From: Myxococcota bacterium
Lineage (GTDB): Bacteria > Myxococcota_A > UBA9042 > PHBI01 > JAWLBL01
Length of the DNA stretch: 64,000 nucleotides
Direction of reading: 5' to 3'
NCBI GenBank assembly: GCA_041687695.1
Contig: JAWLBL010000005.1
Location: 256,799-320,798 of the forward strand
Shown: positions 39,776 to 50,463 of the stretch, piece by piece
Layout of the letters: the number at the start of each line of letters is the position of its first letter
How positions within the stretch are numbered: position 1 is the stretch's first letter
Notes under the pieces: generated by a model
The model's database searches: none
The model's input: the letters and a program-made list of their open reading frames with translations, nothing else
Told to the model about the DNA's origin: nothing
Position numbers and translations under genes: made by a program

Positions 39776-41503
39776 ATGGCTGAGCATACGCTTGGTGTGG
39801 GCCTGAAGTTCCGGGACGGCGAGGAGGCGCGCAGGTGGCTCCTCGACCACCTGGAGCGGCTCGAGGAGAGCGTCGCGGACGCGGCCGACATCCACCAGAC
39901 GTCGGCCACGCTGACCGGCGACGCGCTGACGCAGCTCGAGTCCGATCCGCTGGCGTTCCGCAAGAGCGCGGTCATCCACTTCCGCGATCTGCTGAGCGAG
40001 GTGACCGACCGGGCCGCCTCGCGCGCCGAGCGCGAAGGGCTGAACGTCAAGGCGCTCGAGCGGCTCGTGCTGTCGACCCTGGGCACGCGCCCGTCGCACA
40101 CGCGCGAGATCCTCGAGGGGCTGGCCGCCGGCTTCCGCGAGCGCATCGACCGCCTGTCGGTCGAGGGCAACGCGGCGCACGAGGGCGGCCAGGGCGAGCT
40201 GGACGACGCGCTGGGCGGCCTCGACCGGGCGCTCGAGCAGGCGGTGCGCCGCTGGGAGAGCGCGCCGCTGGGCATCTGGAACCGCTACCGGCGGCGCCGG
40301 AAGTTGAAGCGCCAGGGCCTCGACCACGTCGCGGACCTGCCCGAGCTGGCGCTGGGCCTGGCGAGCGCGGCGCGCGAGCAGCGGCCCTCGTTCGAGCAGG
40401 CCTGGGGCCACGTGGTGCGGGCCGGCATCCACCTGGGGCTCGCGCGCAGCTACGCGGCGACCCTGGACTGGCTGGTCACCGTGCTGCACGGCGTCGACGA
40501 TCTGGCGCGGCAGGCCGGCGAGCTGGCCCGCGAGGCCGCGCAGCGCCGCCGGCGCCTCAAGGGCGACTGGACGGGCGCGCGCGTGCCCGACCGGCACAAC
40601 CTGCTCAGCCTCGAGCTGCTCGACGAGGTCATCGACCAGCTCGAGCTGAACGCGGCCGCCTTCCTGGACCGCAGCGAGGTCAAGGCCGACCAGCTGGGCG
40701 CCGCGGGGCGGCAGGTCCTCGAGTCCGATCTCCGCCGCTGGATCGAGGCGCGCCTCGGCGCCCTGCCCGACGCGGGGCTGCGCGACGTGCTCGCCGGGTT
40801 CCGACCCGACGCCGACGTCTCGGGGCCGCTGGTCGAGCTGTTGGCGGCCGGGCAGCCGCTGATGCGGTTCAACGACGATCTGCACCGGCTGTGGCCCGAG
40901 GGGCACCCCGCCCAGTACTACGTCATCGCCGGCGCGACCGACGACAGCCTTCACGACGCCCTGGCCGACGCCTGCGTGGCCGTCGGGCTGCCCTCGCCGC
41001 TGTCCGAGGTCGACGCGGCCGAGGCCGAGGCGACCGGCCACCACCTCGAGCTGCGGGTCCTGCAGCTGGTCGGCGGCCTGGCGTGGCTGAGCGAGGCCGA
41101 GCGCCTGCTGCCGATGATGGTCACCCACGCGACCGTCATGAGCGAGGCCGACGCCCAGCTCGAGACCCGCGAGGGGCTGCGCGCGGCCCTGCGCGACACC
41201 CTCGAGTCCGAGGCCATCGGCGACGTGCTCCCCGACAAGCTGCGGCGCTCGCTGCGCGAGCTCGACGTCCTGCGCACGCAGGCGCTCGAGGCGCCGCGCG
41301 GCTCCGTGCTGCCCGCGCCGTCGGCGTCGGGAGCCGGGGGAAACGGATCGCGTGGGTCGAAGGAGCGGCCGTCGGAGGACTCCCCCGACGAACCCTCGAC
41401 CCACGAGATGGCGAGCGCGCCGGGCCGCTCGGCCGAGCGCCTGACGGCGACGGCGAAGGGCGCTGGCGAGGGCCCGATCCCCTCCGCCGACATCCCCAAC
41501 TGA
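39776..41503 (+). CDS. Helical/coiled-coil protein, in frame with the tubulin-like gene
   Basis: L/E/R/A-rich heptad-like sequence with a disordered C-tail; separated from the upstream ORF only by TAG GCG. Confidence 0.75.
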   Translation: MAEHTLGVGLKFRDGEEARRWLLDHLERLEESVADAADIHQTSATLTGDALTQLESDPLAFRKSAVIHFRDLLSEVTDRAASRAEREGLNVKALERLVLSTLGTRPSHTREILEGLAAGFRERIDRLSVEGNAAHEGGQGELDDALGGLDRALEQAVRRWESAPLGIWNRYRRRRKLKRQGLDHVADLPELALGLASAAREQRPSFEQAWGHVVRAGIHLGLARSYAATLDWLVTVLHGVDDLARQAGELAREAAQRRRRLKGDWTGARVPDRHNLLSLELLDEVIDQLELNAAAFLDRSEVKADQLGAAGRQVLESDLRRWIEARLGALPDAGLRDVLAGFRPDADVSGPLVELLAAGQPLMRFNDDLHRLWPEGHPAQYYVIAGATDDSLHDALADACVAVGLPSPLSEVDAAEAEATGHHLELRVLQLVGGLAWLSEAERLLPMMVTHATVMSEADAQLETREGLRAALRDTLESEAIGDVLPDKLRRSLRELDVLRTQALEAPRGSVLPAPSASGAGGNGSRGSKERPSEDSPDEPSTHEMASAPGRSAERLTATAKGAGEGPIPSADIPN

Positions 41504-41661
41504 TCCGCCGCGCCGTGCTCGGCCCCGGCGCCGCGCAGCGCCCGCGCGCGCGCCAGATCGCAGGCCGCCGCCGGGTCGTGCGCGCCACCTGGGCCCGCTC
41601 GCGGCGCCGCTGAGGGCCGGCGGGCAGTTACACCGCCTCCGCCCCGCGCGCACAGGCTCTC

Positions 41662-43824
41662 GTGGCCGCCGCGCGCGGGCCCGGCTACTATGGGGCGGCC
41701 GCATCACCGCGGCCCAACGCCCAGGCTCGACGCGTTTTGCTTCCTCATCGCCCGGCCAGCAGCGAGCTCGAGCGTGTCCTCGTGGCCATCGCCTCCGGGA
41801 CCGCGACGGCGACCAGCGGCGAGGCGTTCTTCCAAGCGCTGGTCGAGCACGCCGCCCGCGCCTTCGGGACGCGCTGGTCGTGCGTCGGCGTGCTGGACGG
41901 CGACACGGTCCGGACCCGGGCCTTCTGGGATCACGGCAGGGCCGACGCGCCGCCCTACCCGCTGCCGGGCAGCCCGTGCGAGCAAGCGGCGCGCCAAGGC
42001 TGCCTCCGCATCGACGCCGAGGTCGTCGGGGCCTTCCCCGAGGACCTGGCCCTCGCCGAGATGGGGGTCGAGGCCTACCTGGGCTGCGCCATCACCGACG
42101 GCGCGGGACGCGTGCGCGGCGTCTTGAGCGTGCTGCACGACGCCGCGATCGCCTGGCCGGACGAATCCGAGCTGATCCTGACCATCTTCGCCGCCCGGGC
42201 CAGCGCCGAGCTGCAACGCCTCGAGGCCGAGCAGAGCCTGCACGAGCGCGAGCGGGAGGCGCGGCGCCTCGCCCACGAGCGGACGAGCGCGCTCATCGAG
42301 GTCCAGCGCAGCGAGGCGCGCTTCCGCTCGGTCATCGAGAACGCGTCCGACCCGGTCATCATCATGACCGTCGACGGCGTCTGCCTGTACGCCAGCCCCG
42401 CGACCGAGCGGGCGGTGGGCCTGCCGCCGGCGCAGCTGGTCGGGGCGAACCTGTTCGGGCTGCTGCACCCCGAGGACGTCGACCCGGCGCGATCGGTGGT
42501 GGCGGACGTGCTCGCCGACGCCGATCAGCCCTTCACGATGCAGCTGCGCGTCCGGCACCGCGACGGCTCGTGGCGCGACTTCGTCTGCACCGCGCACAAC
42601 CGCCTGGGCGATCCGGCGATCGGGGGCGTGGTCGTGAACGCGCGCGACGTGACGACCGAGATCGCGCTCGAGCAGCAGCTGCGCCAGGCCCAGAAGATGG
42701 AGGGGCTCGGCCGGCTCGCCGGCGGCGTCGCCCACGACTTCAACAACCTGGTCACCGTCATCCAGGGCTACTGCGAGATGATCACCGAGGAGCTGGCGAT
42801 CGGGCACCGTCACCACGAGCCGCTGCACCAGATCCAGCGCGCCGCCGAGCGGGCCGCGTCGCTGACCGGTCAGCTCCTGGCCTTCAGCCGCAAGCAGGTC
42901 TTGCGCCCGGTCGTGCTCGATCCCATCGAGGTGGTCGCCGGCATGGAGCCGATGCTGCGGCGCCTGGTCGGCGAGGACATCCGGATCGCGGTCGACTTCG
43001 CGATGGACGTCCCCGCGCTGCGCGCCGACCGGGCCGGCCTCGAGCAGGTCCTGATGAACCTGGTCGTCAACGCGCGCGACGCCATGCCGCGCGGCGGGCG
43101 CCTGGACATCGCGGTCGATCGCGCCACCCTCGAGGCCGACGCCGTCGGCGATCTGCCGGGTGGCGAGTTCGTCGTGCTGACGGTGCGCGACACGGGCCAT
43201 GGCATGAGCCCCGAGGTGCAGGCCCACATCTTCGAGCCCTTCTTCACGACGCGCGAGCCCGGCAAGGGCACGGGGCTGGGGCTGTCGACCGTCTACGGCA
43301 TCGTCCGCCAGTCCGGGGGCGCCATCGCGTGCCAGTCGGCGCCCGGCCAGGGGGCCTGTTTCACGGTGTACCTGCCCGGCAGCGCAGGATCGCCGGCGCG
43401 GCTCGAGGGGGTGACCCGCGTCGCGCCGCCCGGACGCGGGCGGGTCCTGGTGGTCGAGGACGACGCCTCCGTGCGGTCGCTGGTCCGACGCATCCTCCAC
43501 GGCCGCGGCTACGCCGTCGTCGAGGCGTCCGACGGCCCGGGCGCCCTCGAGCTGCTCTCCCTCGACGCCCGCGCGGTGGACGTGGTGCTGACCGACGTCG
43601 TGATGCCGGAGATGAGCGGCCCGGCCCTGGCGCAGCGGATCCGCGTCCTGCGCCCCGAGCTGCCCATCCTGTTCATGTCCGGCTACCCGGGCGAGGAGGT
43701 CATGCGCAGGGGCCTGGCCCACCGCGACGTGCCCGTCCTGCAGAAGCCCTTCACGCCGCACGAGCTCGCCGAGGCGGTGCGCCGCCTGCTCGATCGGGAG
43801 CCCGCGCTCGCGCGCGGGGCATGA
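41662..43824 (+). CDS. Hybrid histidine kinase GAF-PAS-HisKA-HATPase-REC (start uncertain)
   Basis: GAF (EAYLG, IFAARA), PAS (LLHPED, HRDGSWR), [34 protein letters not shown] and QKPF. Confidence 0.95.
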   Translation: MAAARGPGYYGAAASPRPNAQARRVLLPHRPASSELERVLVAIASGTATATSGEAFFQALVEHAARAFGTRWSCVGVLDGDTVRTRAFWDHGRADAPPYPLPGSPCEQAARQGCLRIDAEVVGAFPEDLALAEMGVEAYLGCAITDGAGRVRGVLSVLHDAAIAWPDESELILTIFAARASAELQRLEAEQSLHEREREARRLAHERTSALIEVQRSEARFRSVIENASDPVIIMTVDGVCLYASPATERAVGLPPAQLVGANLFGLLHPEDVDPARSVVADVLADADQPFTMQLRVRHRDGSWRDFVCTAHNRLGDPAIGGVVVNARDVTTEIALEQQLRQAQKMEGLGRLAGGVAHDFNNLVTVIQGYCEMITEELAIGHRHHEPLHQIQRAAERAASLTGQLLAFSRKQVLRPVVLDPIEVVAGMEPMLRRLVGEDIRIAVDFAMDVPALRADRAGLEQVLMNLVVNARDAMPRGGRLDIAVDRATLEADAVGDLPGGEFVVLTVRDTGHGMSPEVQAHIFEPFFTTREPGKGTGLGLSTVYGIVRQSGGAIACQSAPGQGACFTVYLPGSAGSPARLEGVTRVAPPGRGRVLVVEDDASVRSLVRRILHGRGYAVVEASDGPGALELLSLDARAVDVVLTDVVMPEMSGPALAQRIRVLRPELPILFMSGYPGEEVMRRGLAHRDVPVLQKPFTPHELAEAVRRLLDREPALARGA

Positions 43825-43888
43825 TTCCGAAAATCCGAGCACTTGCGGGGCTTTCCTCTGCGTCCGGCCCCGGCTAAGATGCCGGCCC

Positions 43889-45466
43889 ATGAAGGTGTGT
43901 CCCACGTGCGGCTCCGAATACGCCGAGTACTTCCGCTTCTGTGGCGTGGACGGGACCGCTCTGACCGAGGCCGAGCAACAGGACCCGCTGGTCGGCCGCG
44001 TCATCGATCGCCGCTACCGGCTCGTCTCGCTCATCGGGCGCGGCGCGTTCGGCGCCGTCTACAAGTCGCGCCACGAGCGGGTGCCCCGGGATCTGGCGGT
44101 CAAGATCCTGTTCGCGAACCGCTCGACCAACCCCGACTTCGTCGCCCGGTTCGAGCGTGAGGTGCGCGCCGAGGCCGTCCTCAGCCACCCGCACATCGTC
44201 GAGGTCATCGACTACGGCTTCGCCAGCGAGGTCGGCTACTACATCGTCATGGAGCACCTGGCCGGCGAGCCGCTCGACGAGCGCCTGTCGCGCGAGGGGG
44301 CCCTGAAGATCCTCGACGTCTACACGATCATGACGCAGGCGGGCAGCGCGCTCGCCCTCGCCCACTCCAAGGGCATCGTCCACCGCGACTTCAAGGCCGA
44401 GAACGTCTTCCTGGTCACCGCCAACGACCAGCCCGTCGGCTACACGGTGCGCCTGGTCGACTTCGGCGTCGTCAAGATCACGCGGCCCGACGGCGATCTG
44501 GTCGGCGAGGGCGACGCGCTGCTCGAGACGCAGGCCGGCGCCTCGGTCGGCACGCCCTACACGATGAGCCCCGAGCAGATCCGCGCCGCGGACGTCGACG
44601 GGCGCGCCGACATCTACAGCCTGGGCGTGCTGCTGTACGAGATGCTGACCGGGAACGTGCCGTTCATCGGCGAGACCCTGGACGAGCTGCTCGAGCACCA
44701 CCTCCGCTCGCGGCCCACGGCGCCCTCCGAGATCGACGGCTGCGACTGGATCCCGCCCGAGCTCGACGCCCTGGTCCTGTCGATGCTGGCCAAGGATCGC
44801 GCCGAGCGCCCCCAGACCGTCGAGGAGGTCCTCGACCGCCTCGACCAGATCCGCCCCGCCGTCGAGGACGCGTGGGCCGCGCGCCACCTGGTCGCGCGCC
44901 CCCCCGCGGCCGCCCGCCCGCTGCGGGTCGCGGAGGCGACGCCGGTCATGCTGAACGCGCCCATCGAGCCGGCCAGCGTGGGCCGCCCCAAGGGTGACTT
45001 CGTGGCCACCGCCGAGCAGGTCTCCGCGCCGCCGCTGGGCGCCGGCGGCCCGCCGCCCGTCCCCGCGGCCGCCGCCGCCCCGGACGCGGCGACCCGGCCA
45101 CGCCCCCGCGTCCTCATCGTCGACGACGAGGCCCCCATCCGCCGCCTGGTCCGCCGCATCATCAACCAACGCGGCTACGAGGCCTTCCTGGCCGAGACCG
45201 GCGAGCAGGCGCTCGACTGGCTGAGCGCCAACGCCGCCCCGGACGCGATCATCCTCGATCTGCTGCTGCCGGGGGTCGACGGGCTGACGCTGCTCAAGCG
45301 CATGCGCGACGACGGCTTCGCCGGCCCGGTCATCGTCTGCTCGGGCCTGGCCTCGCAGGCCCTGCGCGACGAGGCCATGCGCTTTGGCGCGGTGCGCTTT
45401 CTGGCCAAGGTCGACGACTTCCACCGCATCTCGGACGTGCTCGACGAGATGCGCGTCGGGTGCTGA
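43889..45466 (+). CDS. Hanks-type Ser/Thr kinase with N-terminal zinc ribbon and C-terminal receiver domain
   Basis: CPTC...FCGVDG; GRGAFG, AVK, HRDFKAEN, DFG, GTPYTMSPE; REC VLIVDDE, LDLLLPGVDG, FLAK. Confidence 0.95.
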   Translation: MKVCPTCGSEYAEYFRFCGVDGTALTEAEQQDPLVGRVIDRRYRLVSLIGRGAFGAVYKSRHERVPRDLAVKILFANRSTNPDFVARFEREVRAEAVLSHPHIVEVIDYGFASEVGYYIVMEHLAGEPLDERLSREGALKILDVYTIMTQAGSALALAHSKGIVHRDFKAENVFLVTANDQPVGYTVRLVDFGVVKITRPDGDLVGEGDALLETQAGASVGTPYTMSPEQIRAADVDGRADIYSLGVLLYEMLTGNVPFIGETLDELLEHHLRSRPTAPSEIDGCDWIPPELDALVLSMLAKDRAERPQTVEEVLDRLDQIRPAVEDAWAARHLVARPPAAARPLRVAEATPVMLNAPIEPASVGRPKGDFVATAEQVSAPPLGAGGPPPVPAAAAAPDAATRPRPRVLIVDDEAPIRRLVRRIINQRGYEAFLAETGEQALDWLSANAAPDAIILDLLLPGVDGLTLLKRMRDDGFAGPVIVCSGLASQALRDEAMRFGAVRFLAKVDDFHRISDVLDEMRVGC

Positions 45467-45511
45467 CCCCCTCCGCCCCGGGTCTGAGCCGCTGACGGGC
45501 CCTCCGGCGCG

Positions 45512-46507
45512 TCAGCCGCGGGCCAACCTGGCCGCGCGCGCGGCCTCGAAGCCGCGGGCCAGGCGGCCCATCGCCTCGTCGATCGCGACCGCGGGCCGAT
45601 AGCCGAGGACGCGCGCGCTGGCGGCCAGCGAGTAGGTCGCGCGGCGGCACAGGTAGTGCACGGCGCCCCGGGTGAAGGCGGGCTGCAGGCCGGCGGCGCG
45701 CTGCAGCGCCTCGGCGCCGGCGGCGAGGGACAGGGCCAGGGCCTTGGGCAGGGCCAGCCGCGGACGCGGCGCCCCGGCGGCGGCCGCGAGGCGGGTGAAG
45801 TAGTCGCGGTAGGTCATGGACGCGCCGTCGTGGATCTGGAACACGCCGCCCAGGGCGTCGGCCGAGGACAGGGCCGCCATCAGGGCGTCGACCAGGTTGT
45901 CGACCCAGCACGGGGCCATCAGGCCGCGCCCGCCCTCGATGAGGACGGGGACGTGGCGGCGCATCAGCCCCAGCGGCCGGTCGACCCAGGGGACGCTGCC
46001 CGGCCCGTAGACGTCGCCCGGTCGCACGACCACGGCGGCGACGTGCCCCTCGGCGTGGGCCTGCCGGACGAGCTGCTCGCTCGCGGCCTTGGTGTCGAAG
46101 TACGGGGCGCCGGTGCCGAGCGCGAGCGGCGTGTCCTGGTCGGCGTCGGGCCCGGGATCGAAGCCGAGGGCGGCGATGGAGGACAGGTGGACGAAGCGCT
46201 CGACCCGGGCGGCGGCGGCCGCGTCGAGGACGTTCTGCGTGCCGGCGACGTTGACCTGCTGGAACCGCTCGGCCGGGCCGCGATCGTCGACGACGGCGGC
46301 GGCGTGGACCACGACGCGCGGCGACAGGCGTCGAAAGACGTCCATGACCTCGGCGCCGTCGGTGACGTCGAGGTGCAGCGTCGGCGACGGGCCGGCGCGG
46401 AGATCGAGGCCCTGAACGGTCGCGCCTTCGGCCTCGAGGCGCGCGACCAGGACCGAGCCGATGAAGCCCGCCGCGCCCGTCACCACGACGTCGACCGGGC
46501 CCTGCAT
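45512..46507 (-). CDS. NAD-dependent epimerase / 3-beta-HSD-like extended SDR
   Basis: VTGAAGFIG, NVAGTQN, HLSS, YFDTK (YxxxK), RPGDVYGPG. Confidence 0.9.
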   Translation of the reverse strand: MQGPVDVVVTGAAGFIGSVLVARLEAEGATVQGLDLRAGPSPTLHLDVTDGAEVMDVFRRLSPRVVVHAAAVVDDRGPAERFQQVNVAGTQNVLDAAAAARVERFVHLSSIAALGFDPGPDADQDTPLALGTGAPYFDTKAASEQLVRQAHAEGHVAAVVVRPGDVYGPGSVPWVDRPLGLMRRHVPVLIEGGRGLMAPCWVDNLVDALMAALSSADALGGVFQIHDGASMTYRDYFTRLAAAAGAPRPRLALPKALALSLAAGAEALQRAAGLQPAFTRGAVHYLCRRATYSLAASARVLGYRPAVAIDEAMGRLARGFEAARAARLARG

Positions 46508-46509
46508 GG

Positions 46510-47451
46510 TCAGAGGGCCTCGAGGCGGGCCTGGGCGACGGTGGCGAGGTAGCGCACGGCGGTCAGCTCGCCACCCGTGAAGCCGCCAGGCCGGGGCGAG
46601 TCGAGGAGCAGGAGGACGCCGACGAGCCCGCCGCGTTGGCCCGGGGCGCCCAGGGGCACGCCCAGCAGCGAGCGGACGCCCACCGTGACCCGCTGGCGCA
46701 GCGTCACCTGATAGGCCAGCCGAGCGTCCCCGCCCTGCAGATCCATGCGCATGGACGAGCGCGTCGCGAGCGCGAGGCAGGTCTGGTCGGAGGCCACCTG
46801 GGCCCCGATCACCGTGGCGCCGGGGGCGCCGAGGCTGGCCTGGACGCGCAGCCCGCGGCCGTGGCGCTCGGTGAGCAGGACCTGGGCGCCGGCGCAGGGG
46901 ATGTGGCGCCAGAGCAGCTCGGCGGTCCGCGCGGCCACCTCCTCGCGGGTGTCGCCGAGCCGGCCGACGCGCGGGATGAGCCGGAAGCGGTCGCCGGTGT
47001 CGACGCGGGGGCGGCCGTCGTCGGTCGTCAGTCGCCAGCGGGGGGCGAGGCGGGCCGGAGCGCGGCGCCGGCAGTCGTGGGCGGGCGCGTCGGGGGCGAG
47101 GCGGTCGGCCCACTCGGGCGTGACCGAGGCGAGATCGATGGCGGTGAAGTCCTCGGGGCCGCGCGGGACGGCGCGGCGCGGGCGCGGCAGGGCGGGCGGC
47201 GGGGCGGCGATCGAGGCGACGGCGCCAGCCGGGTGGGTCGCCCGGATGACGAGGCGGCGGCCGGTGGAGCGCATCCTCAGCCGAATCTCGCCCTGGGCCA
47301 CCTCGCAGTCGACGTCGCGCGGGTCGGCCGGCTCGCCGAGCTCGGCCAGGCCGCGCTGCCAGGCGTCGATCCAGTGGTCCGCGTCGACCGTGAGCGTCAT
47401 CTGCGCCCCGCCCTGCGGCTCGCTGGCGATGGTGATTTCGAAGGGGGTCAC
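46510..47451 (-). CDS. GAF-domain protein
   Basis: C-terminal RSLLGVPL...VGVLLLLD...FTGGELTAVRYLA (GAF); small N-terminal domain and Pro-rich linker. Confidence 0.7.
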   Translation of the reverse strand: MTPFEITIASEPQGGAQMTLTVDADHWIDAWQRGLAELGEPADPRDVDCEVAQGEIRLRMRSTGRRLVIRATHPAGAVASIAAPPPALPRPRRAVPRGPEDFTAIDLASVTPEWADRLAPDAPAHDCRRRAPARLAPRWRLTTDDGRPRVDTGDRFRLIPRVGRLGDTREEVAARTAELLWRHIPCAGAQVLLTERHGRGLRVQASLGAPGATVIGAQVASDQTCLALATRSSMRMDLQGGDARLAYQVTLRQRVTVGVRSLLGVPLGAPGQRGGLVGVLLLLDSPRPGGFTGGELTAVRYLATVAQARLEAL

Positions 47452-47658
47452 CGGCTACCGCGCCTTCGGCCGTGGGCCCGCCCGCGCCGTCAGGCGGAAT
47501 CAATGGCCCGACCGACGCATTGCAAGCCTCGAACATAGCGAACACCAGGCGGGCGTCAAGGTCGCCCCCGGACGCCGTCGGGTCGCCTCACGGCGGCGTG
47601 GACGTCGGCCATGTCCCAGCTCGTTGCCCCCCGCCAGGCCCGGACGTAAGGTACGCCC

Positions 47659-50283
47659 GTGACGCGCACCCCCTCCCCTACCGCCCTCGTCGAGGTGGTG
47701 AACCCCCGGCGCGGTGGTCTCCCCGGGGCCATCCTCCGCGGCTTCGTCGCCTCCCTCATCCTCGCGGTCCTGCTGGTCGGCCTCGCCGGCTTCTGGACCT
47801 ACGCCTTCTTCGCGCGGGACCTCCCGCGGCTCGACACCTTCGACCGCCTCGAGCGCTCGACCGTCAGCCGCTTCATGGCCGCCGACGGGACCCTGGTCGG
47901 CGAATGGAGCGACGAGCGGCGCCTCGCGCTCCGCTGGGAGGAGGTGCCCTCCGACCTCGTCCTGGCCTTCCTCGCGGCCGAGGACGCGCGCTTCTTCGCC
48001 CACACGGGCATCGATCTCGTCGGCATCTTCCGCGCGATGGTGACCAACCTGCGCGCCGGCGGCATCAAGGAGGGCGCCTCGACCATCACGCAGCAGCTGG
48101 CCAAGACGCTGGTCGGCGACGAGAAGAGCCTGACGCGCAAGGCCCGCGAGGCCATCCTCGCGCGGCGGATGGAGGATCTGTACACGAAGAAGCAGATCCT
48201 CTCCTGGTACCTCAACGCCATCTTCCTGGGCCACGGCAGCTACGGCGTGCAGGCCGCGTCCCAGAACTACTTCCGCAAGAACGTCTGGCAGCTCGAGCTG
48301 GCCGAGATGGCGATGATCGCAGGGCTGCCCCAGTCGCCCAGCCGCGTGAACCCGGTGGTCGACATGCCGGCCGCGAAGAAGCGCATGGCCCACATCCTGG
48401 GCAACATGCGTCAGCGCGGTTGGATCACCGAGGAAGAGGAGGCCGAGGCCCTGGCCTACGAGTTCACCATCTACCCGCGCGCCGATCTGCTGGGCGACCA
48501 CGTGCCCTTCTACACCGAGACGGTGCGGCGCCAGGTCGTGCAGACCTTCGACGGGGCGACCCGCGGAGGGCCGTCGTGGCTCGAGCAGGGCCTGACGGTC
48601 CACATGGCGGTCGAGCCGGCGCTGCAGCGCGTGGCCGAGCAGGCGCTGCGCGGCACCCTCGAGGGGCTGGCCAAGAAGCAGGGCTACCCGGGCCCGCTCG
48701 GCACCATGGGCCGCGACAAGTTCTTCGTGCGCAACCAGCCGTGGGTCTCGCAGACCCGCATCGAGCCCGGCGTGCGGCTGCTCGGGCGCGTCGCCGAGGT
48801 CGACGGCAAGCAGGCGAAGGTCGAGCTGAGCCCGCACGTGCGCGGCACCCTCACGTCCAAGGGCGCGTCGTGGGCCGGCAAGTACAGCGAGTACCCGGTC
48901 GACGACAAGACGGGCGAGCGCAAGATCCGCGGGTCCGTCTCGTTCTGGGCCAAGCTCGGCAGCATGGAGAAGACCTTCGCTCCCGGCGACGTCGTCCTGG
49001 TCGAGATCACGAAGGTGCCCGGCCTCCGAGCGGAGGACGGCAAGAAGAAGACGAAGGCGAAGAAGAAGAAGGGGGAGGACGAGGGCACGGAGGAGCCGGC
49101 CGCGGAGGAGACCGCCGAGGCCAAGGACCCGTCGCCCGAGGCGCTGACGCAGCTCGAGTTCGAGCTGGTGCCGGTGCCGCTGATGGAGGGCGCGGTCGTC
49201 TCGTTCCCGACCCACAGCGGCGGCATGGACGTCATGGTCGGCGGCTGGGACTTCGACCGCAGCCAGGTCAACCGCGTCTACGCCCTGCGCCAGACCGGGT
49301 CGACCATGAAGCCCATCGTCTACGCCAAGGCCTACGACATGGGCCTGCCGCCCTCGACCGTCTTCTCCGGCGCGCCCTTCCACTACGACGACGGACACAC
49401 CCAGTACAACCCGACGGGCGCGCGCGTCGTGCCGGACATGAGCGCGTGGGACGCCCTGACCAAGAGCGAGAACTCGGTCAGCCTGCGTGTCTTCGAGTGG
49501 GTGCTCCGCAACACCTCGCTCGCCGACTACAAGGCCTGGGGCCAGCGCCTCGGCCTGACGCACCCGCTGCAGGGCAACATCAGCGAGGTGCTCGGCGGCG
49601 ACCAGACGCCCTTCGGCATGGCGCACGCCTTCGGCGTGTTCGCGCGGCGGGGCTACGGCCCCCGCATGCACACCGTCCGCAAGGTGGTCGACCGCGCCGG
49701 CAACGTGCTGCACCGCAATATCGGCCCGCTGGACCCCTACGCCACGTTCCCTGAAGCCATCGTCGCCCTGTGGGAGACGAACCTCCGCCCCGAGCAGCCG
49801 CGCATCAACCCGTCGACCGCCTTCCTGGCCACCGCCAACCTGGCCGAGGCCGTGCAGCGCGGCACCGGCACGCGCGCCAAGGCCGTCGACCACCAGGCGG
49901 CCGGCAAGACCGGCACCCTGCCCTTCGACGTCTGGTTCAACGGCTGGACCTGGCACCGCCACACCCTGGTCTGGGTGGGCGCCGACCGCCGCGAGCGCGT
50001 GCTGGGCCGCAGCTACGAGGTCAACAAGGTCTACGGCGGCGACACGGCCCTGCCCGCCTGGGTCGAGTTCATGAAGCAGGTCGACGTCGGCCGCGCCAAG
50101 CGCGCGCTGCTCGAGCGACCGCCCGGCGAGGTGAACTACACGCGCATCGACCCGGCCACGGGCCTGCGCGCGGTCGGCGGCGGGGCGATGATCCCGCACC
50201 GCGCCGGGACCGAGCCGTCCGAGTACAACTACCCCGACGAGCAGGGCGCGTCGGAAATCCTGCAGGTCGAGCACGAGTTCTGA
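47659..50283 (+). CDS. mrcA: Penicillin-binding protein 1A (class A PBP)
   Basis: TM anchor; GT51 motifs AEDARF, GASTITQQLAK, RKARE, YLNAIFLG; OB insert; STMK, SEN, KTGT. Confidence 0.93.
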   Translation: MTRTPSPTALVEVVNPRRGGLPGAILRGFVASLILAVLLVGLAGFWTYAFFARDLPRLDTFDRLERSTVSRFMAADGTLVGEWSDERRLALRWEEVPSDLVLAFLAAEDARFFAHTGIDLVGIFRAMVTNLRAGGIKEGASTITQQLAKTLVGDEKSLTRKAREAILARRMEDLYTKKQILSWYLNAIFLGHGSYGVQAASQNYFRKNVWQLELAEMAMIAGLPQSPSRVNPVVDMPAAKKRMAHILGNMRQRGWITEEEEAEALAYEFTIYPRADLLGDHVPFYTETVRRQVVQTFDGATRGGPSWLEQGLTVHMAVEPALQRVAEQALRGTLEGLAKKQGYPGPLGTMGRDKFFVRNQPWVSQTRIEPGVRLLGRVAEVDGKQAKVELSPHVRGTLTSKGASWAGKYSEYPVDDKTGERKIRGSVSFWAKLGSMEKTFAPGDVVLVEITKVPGLRAEDGKKKTKAKKKKGEDEGTEEPAAEETAEAKDPSPEALTQLEFELVPVPLMEGAVVSFPTHSGGMDVMVGGWDFDRSQVNRVYALRQTGSTMKPIVYAKAYDMGLPPSTVFSGAPFHYDDGHTQYNPTGARVVPDMSAWDALTKSENSVSLRVFEWVLRNTSLADYKAWGQRLGLTHPLQGNISEVLGGDQTPFGMAHAFGVFARRGYGPRMHTVRKVVDRAGNVLHRNIGPLDPYATFPEAIVALWETNLRPEQPRINPSTAFLATANLAEAVQRGTGTRAKAVDHQAAGKTGTLPFDVWFNGWTWHRHTLVWVGADRRERVLGRSYEVNKVYGGDTALPAWVEFMKQVDVGRAKRALLERPPGEVNYTRIDPATGLRAVGGGAMIPHRAGTEPSEYNYPDEQGASEILQVEHEF

Positions 50284-50463
50284 CCGCAGCGTCCCGCATC
50301 GCGCGGCGCTGGCGAGGCCATCCCGCGCCTTGCCGGCCCGGGCGGGCGGCCCTATCATCCGCGACGGTTCGGCGGCCGGCCCCCCCCTCGCTGGGGCGGA
50401 ACCGGCCGCCGACGTCTTCGCTTCGGTCTCCCCGCATGGGCCTCGCATGGCCTCGGAGTGCGC

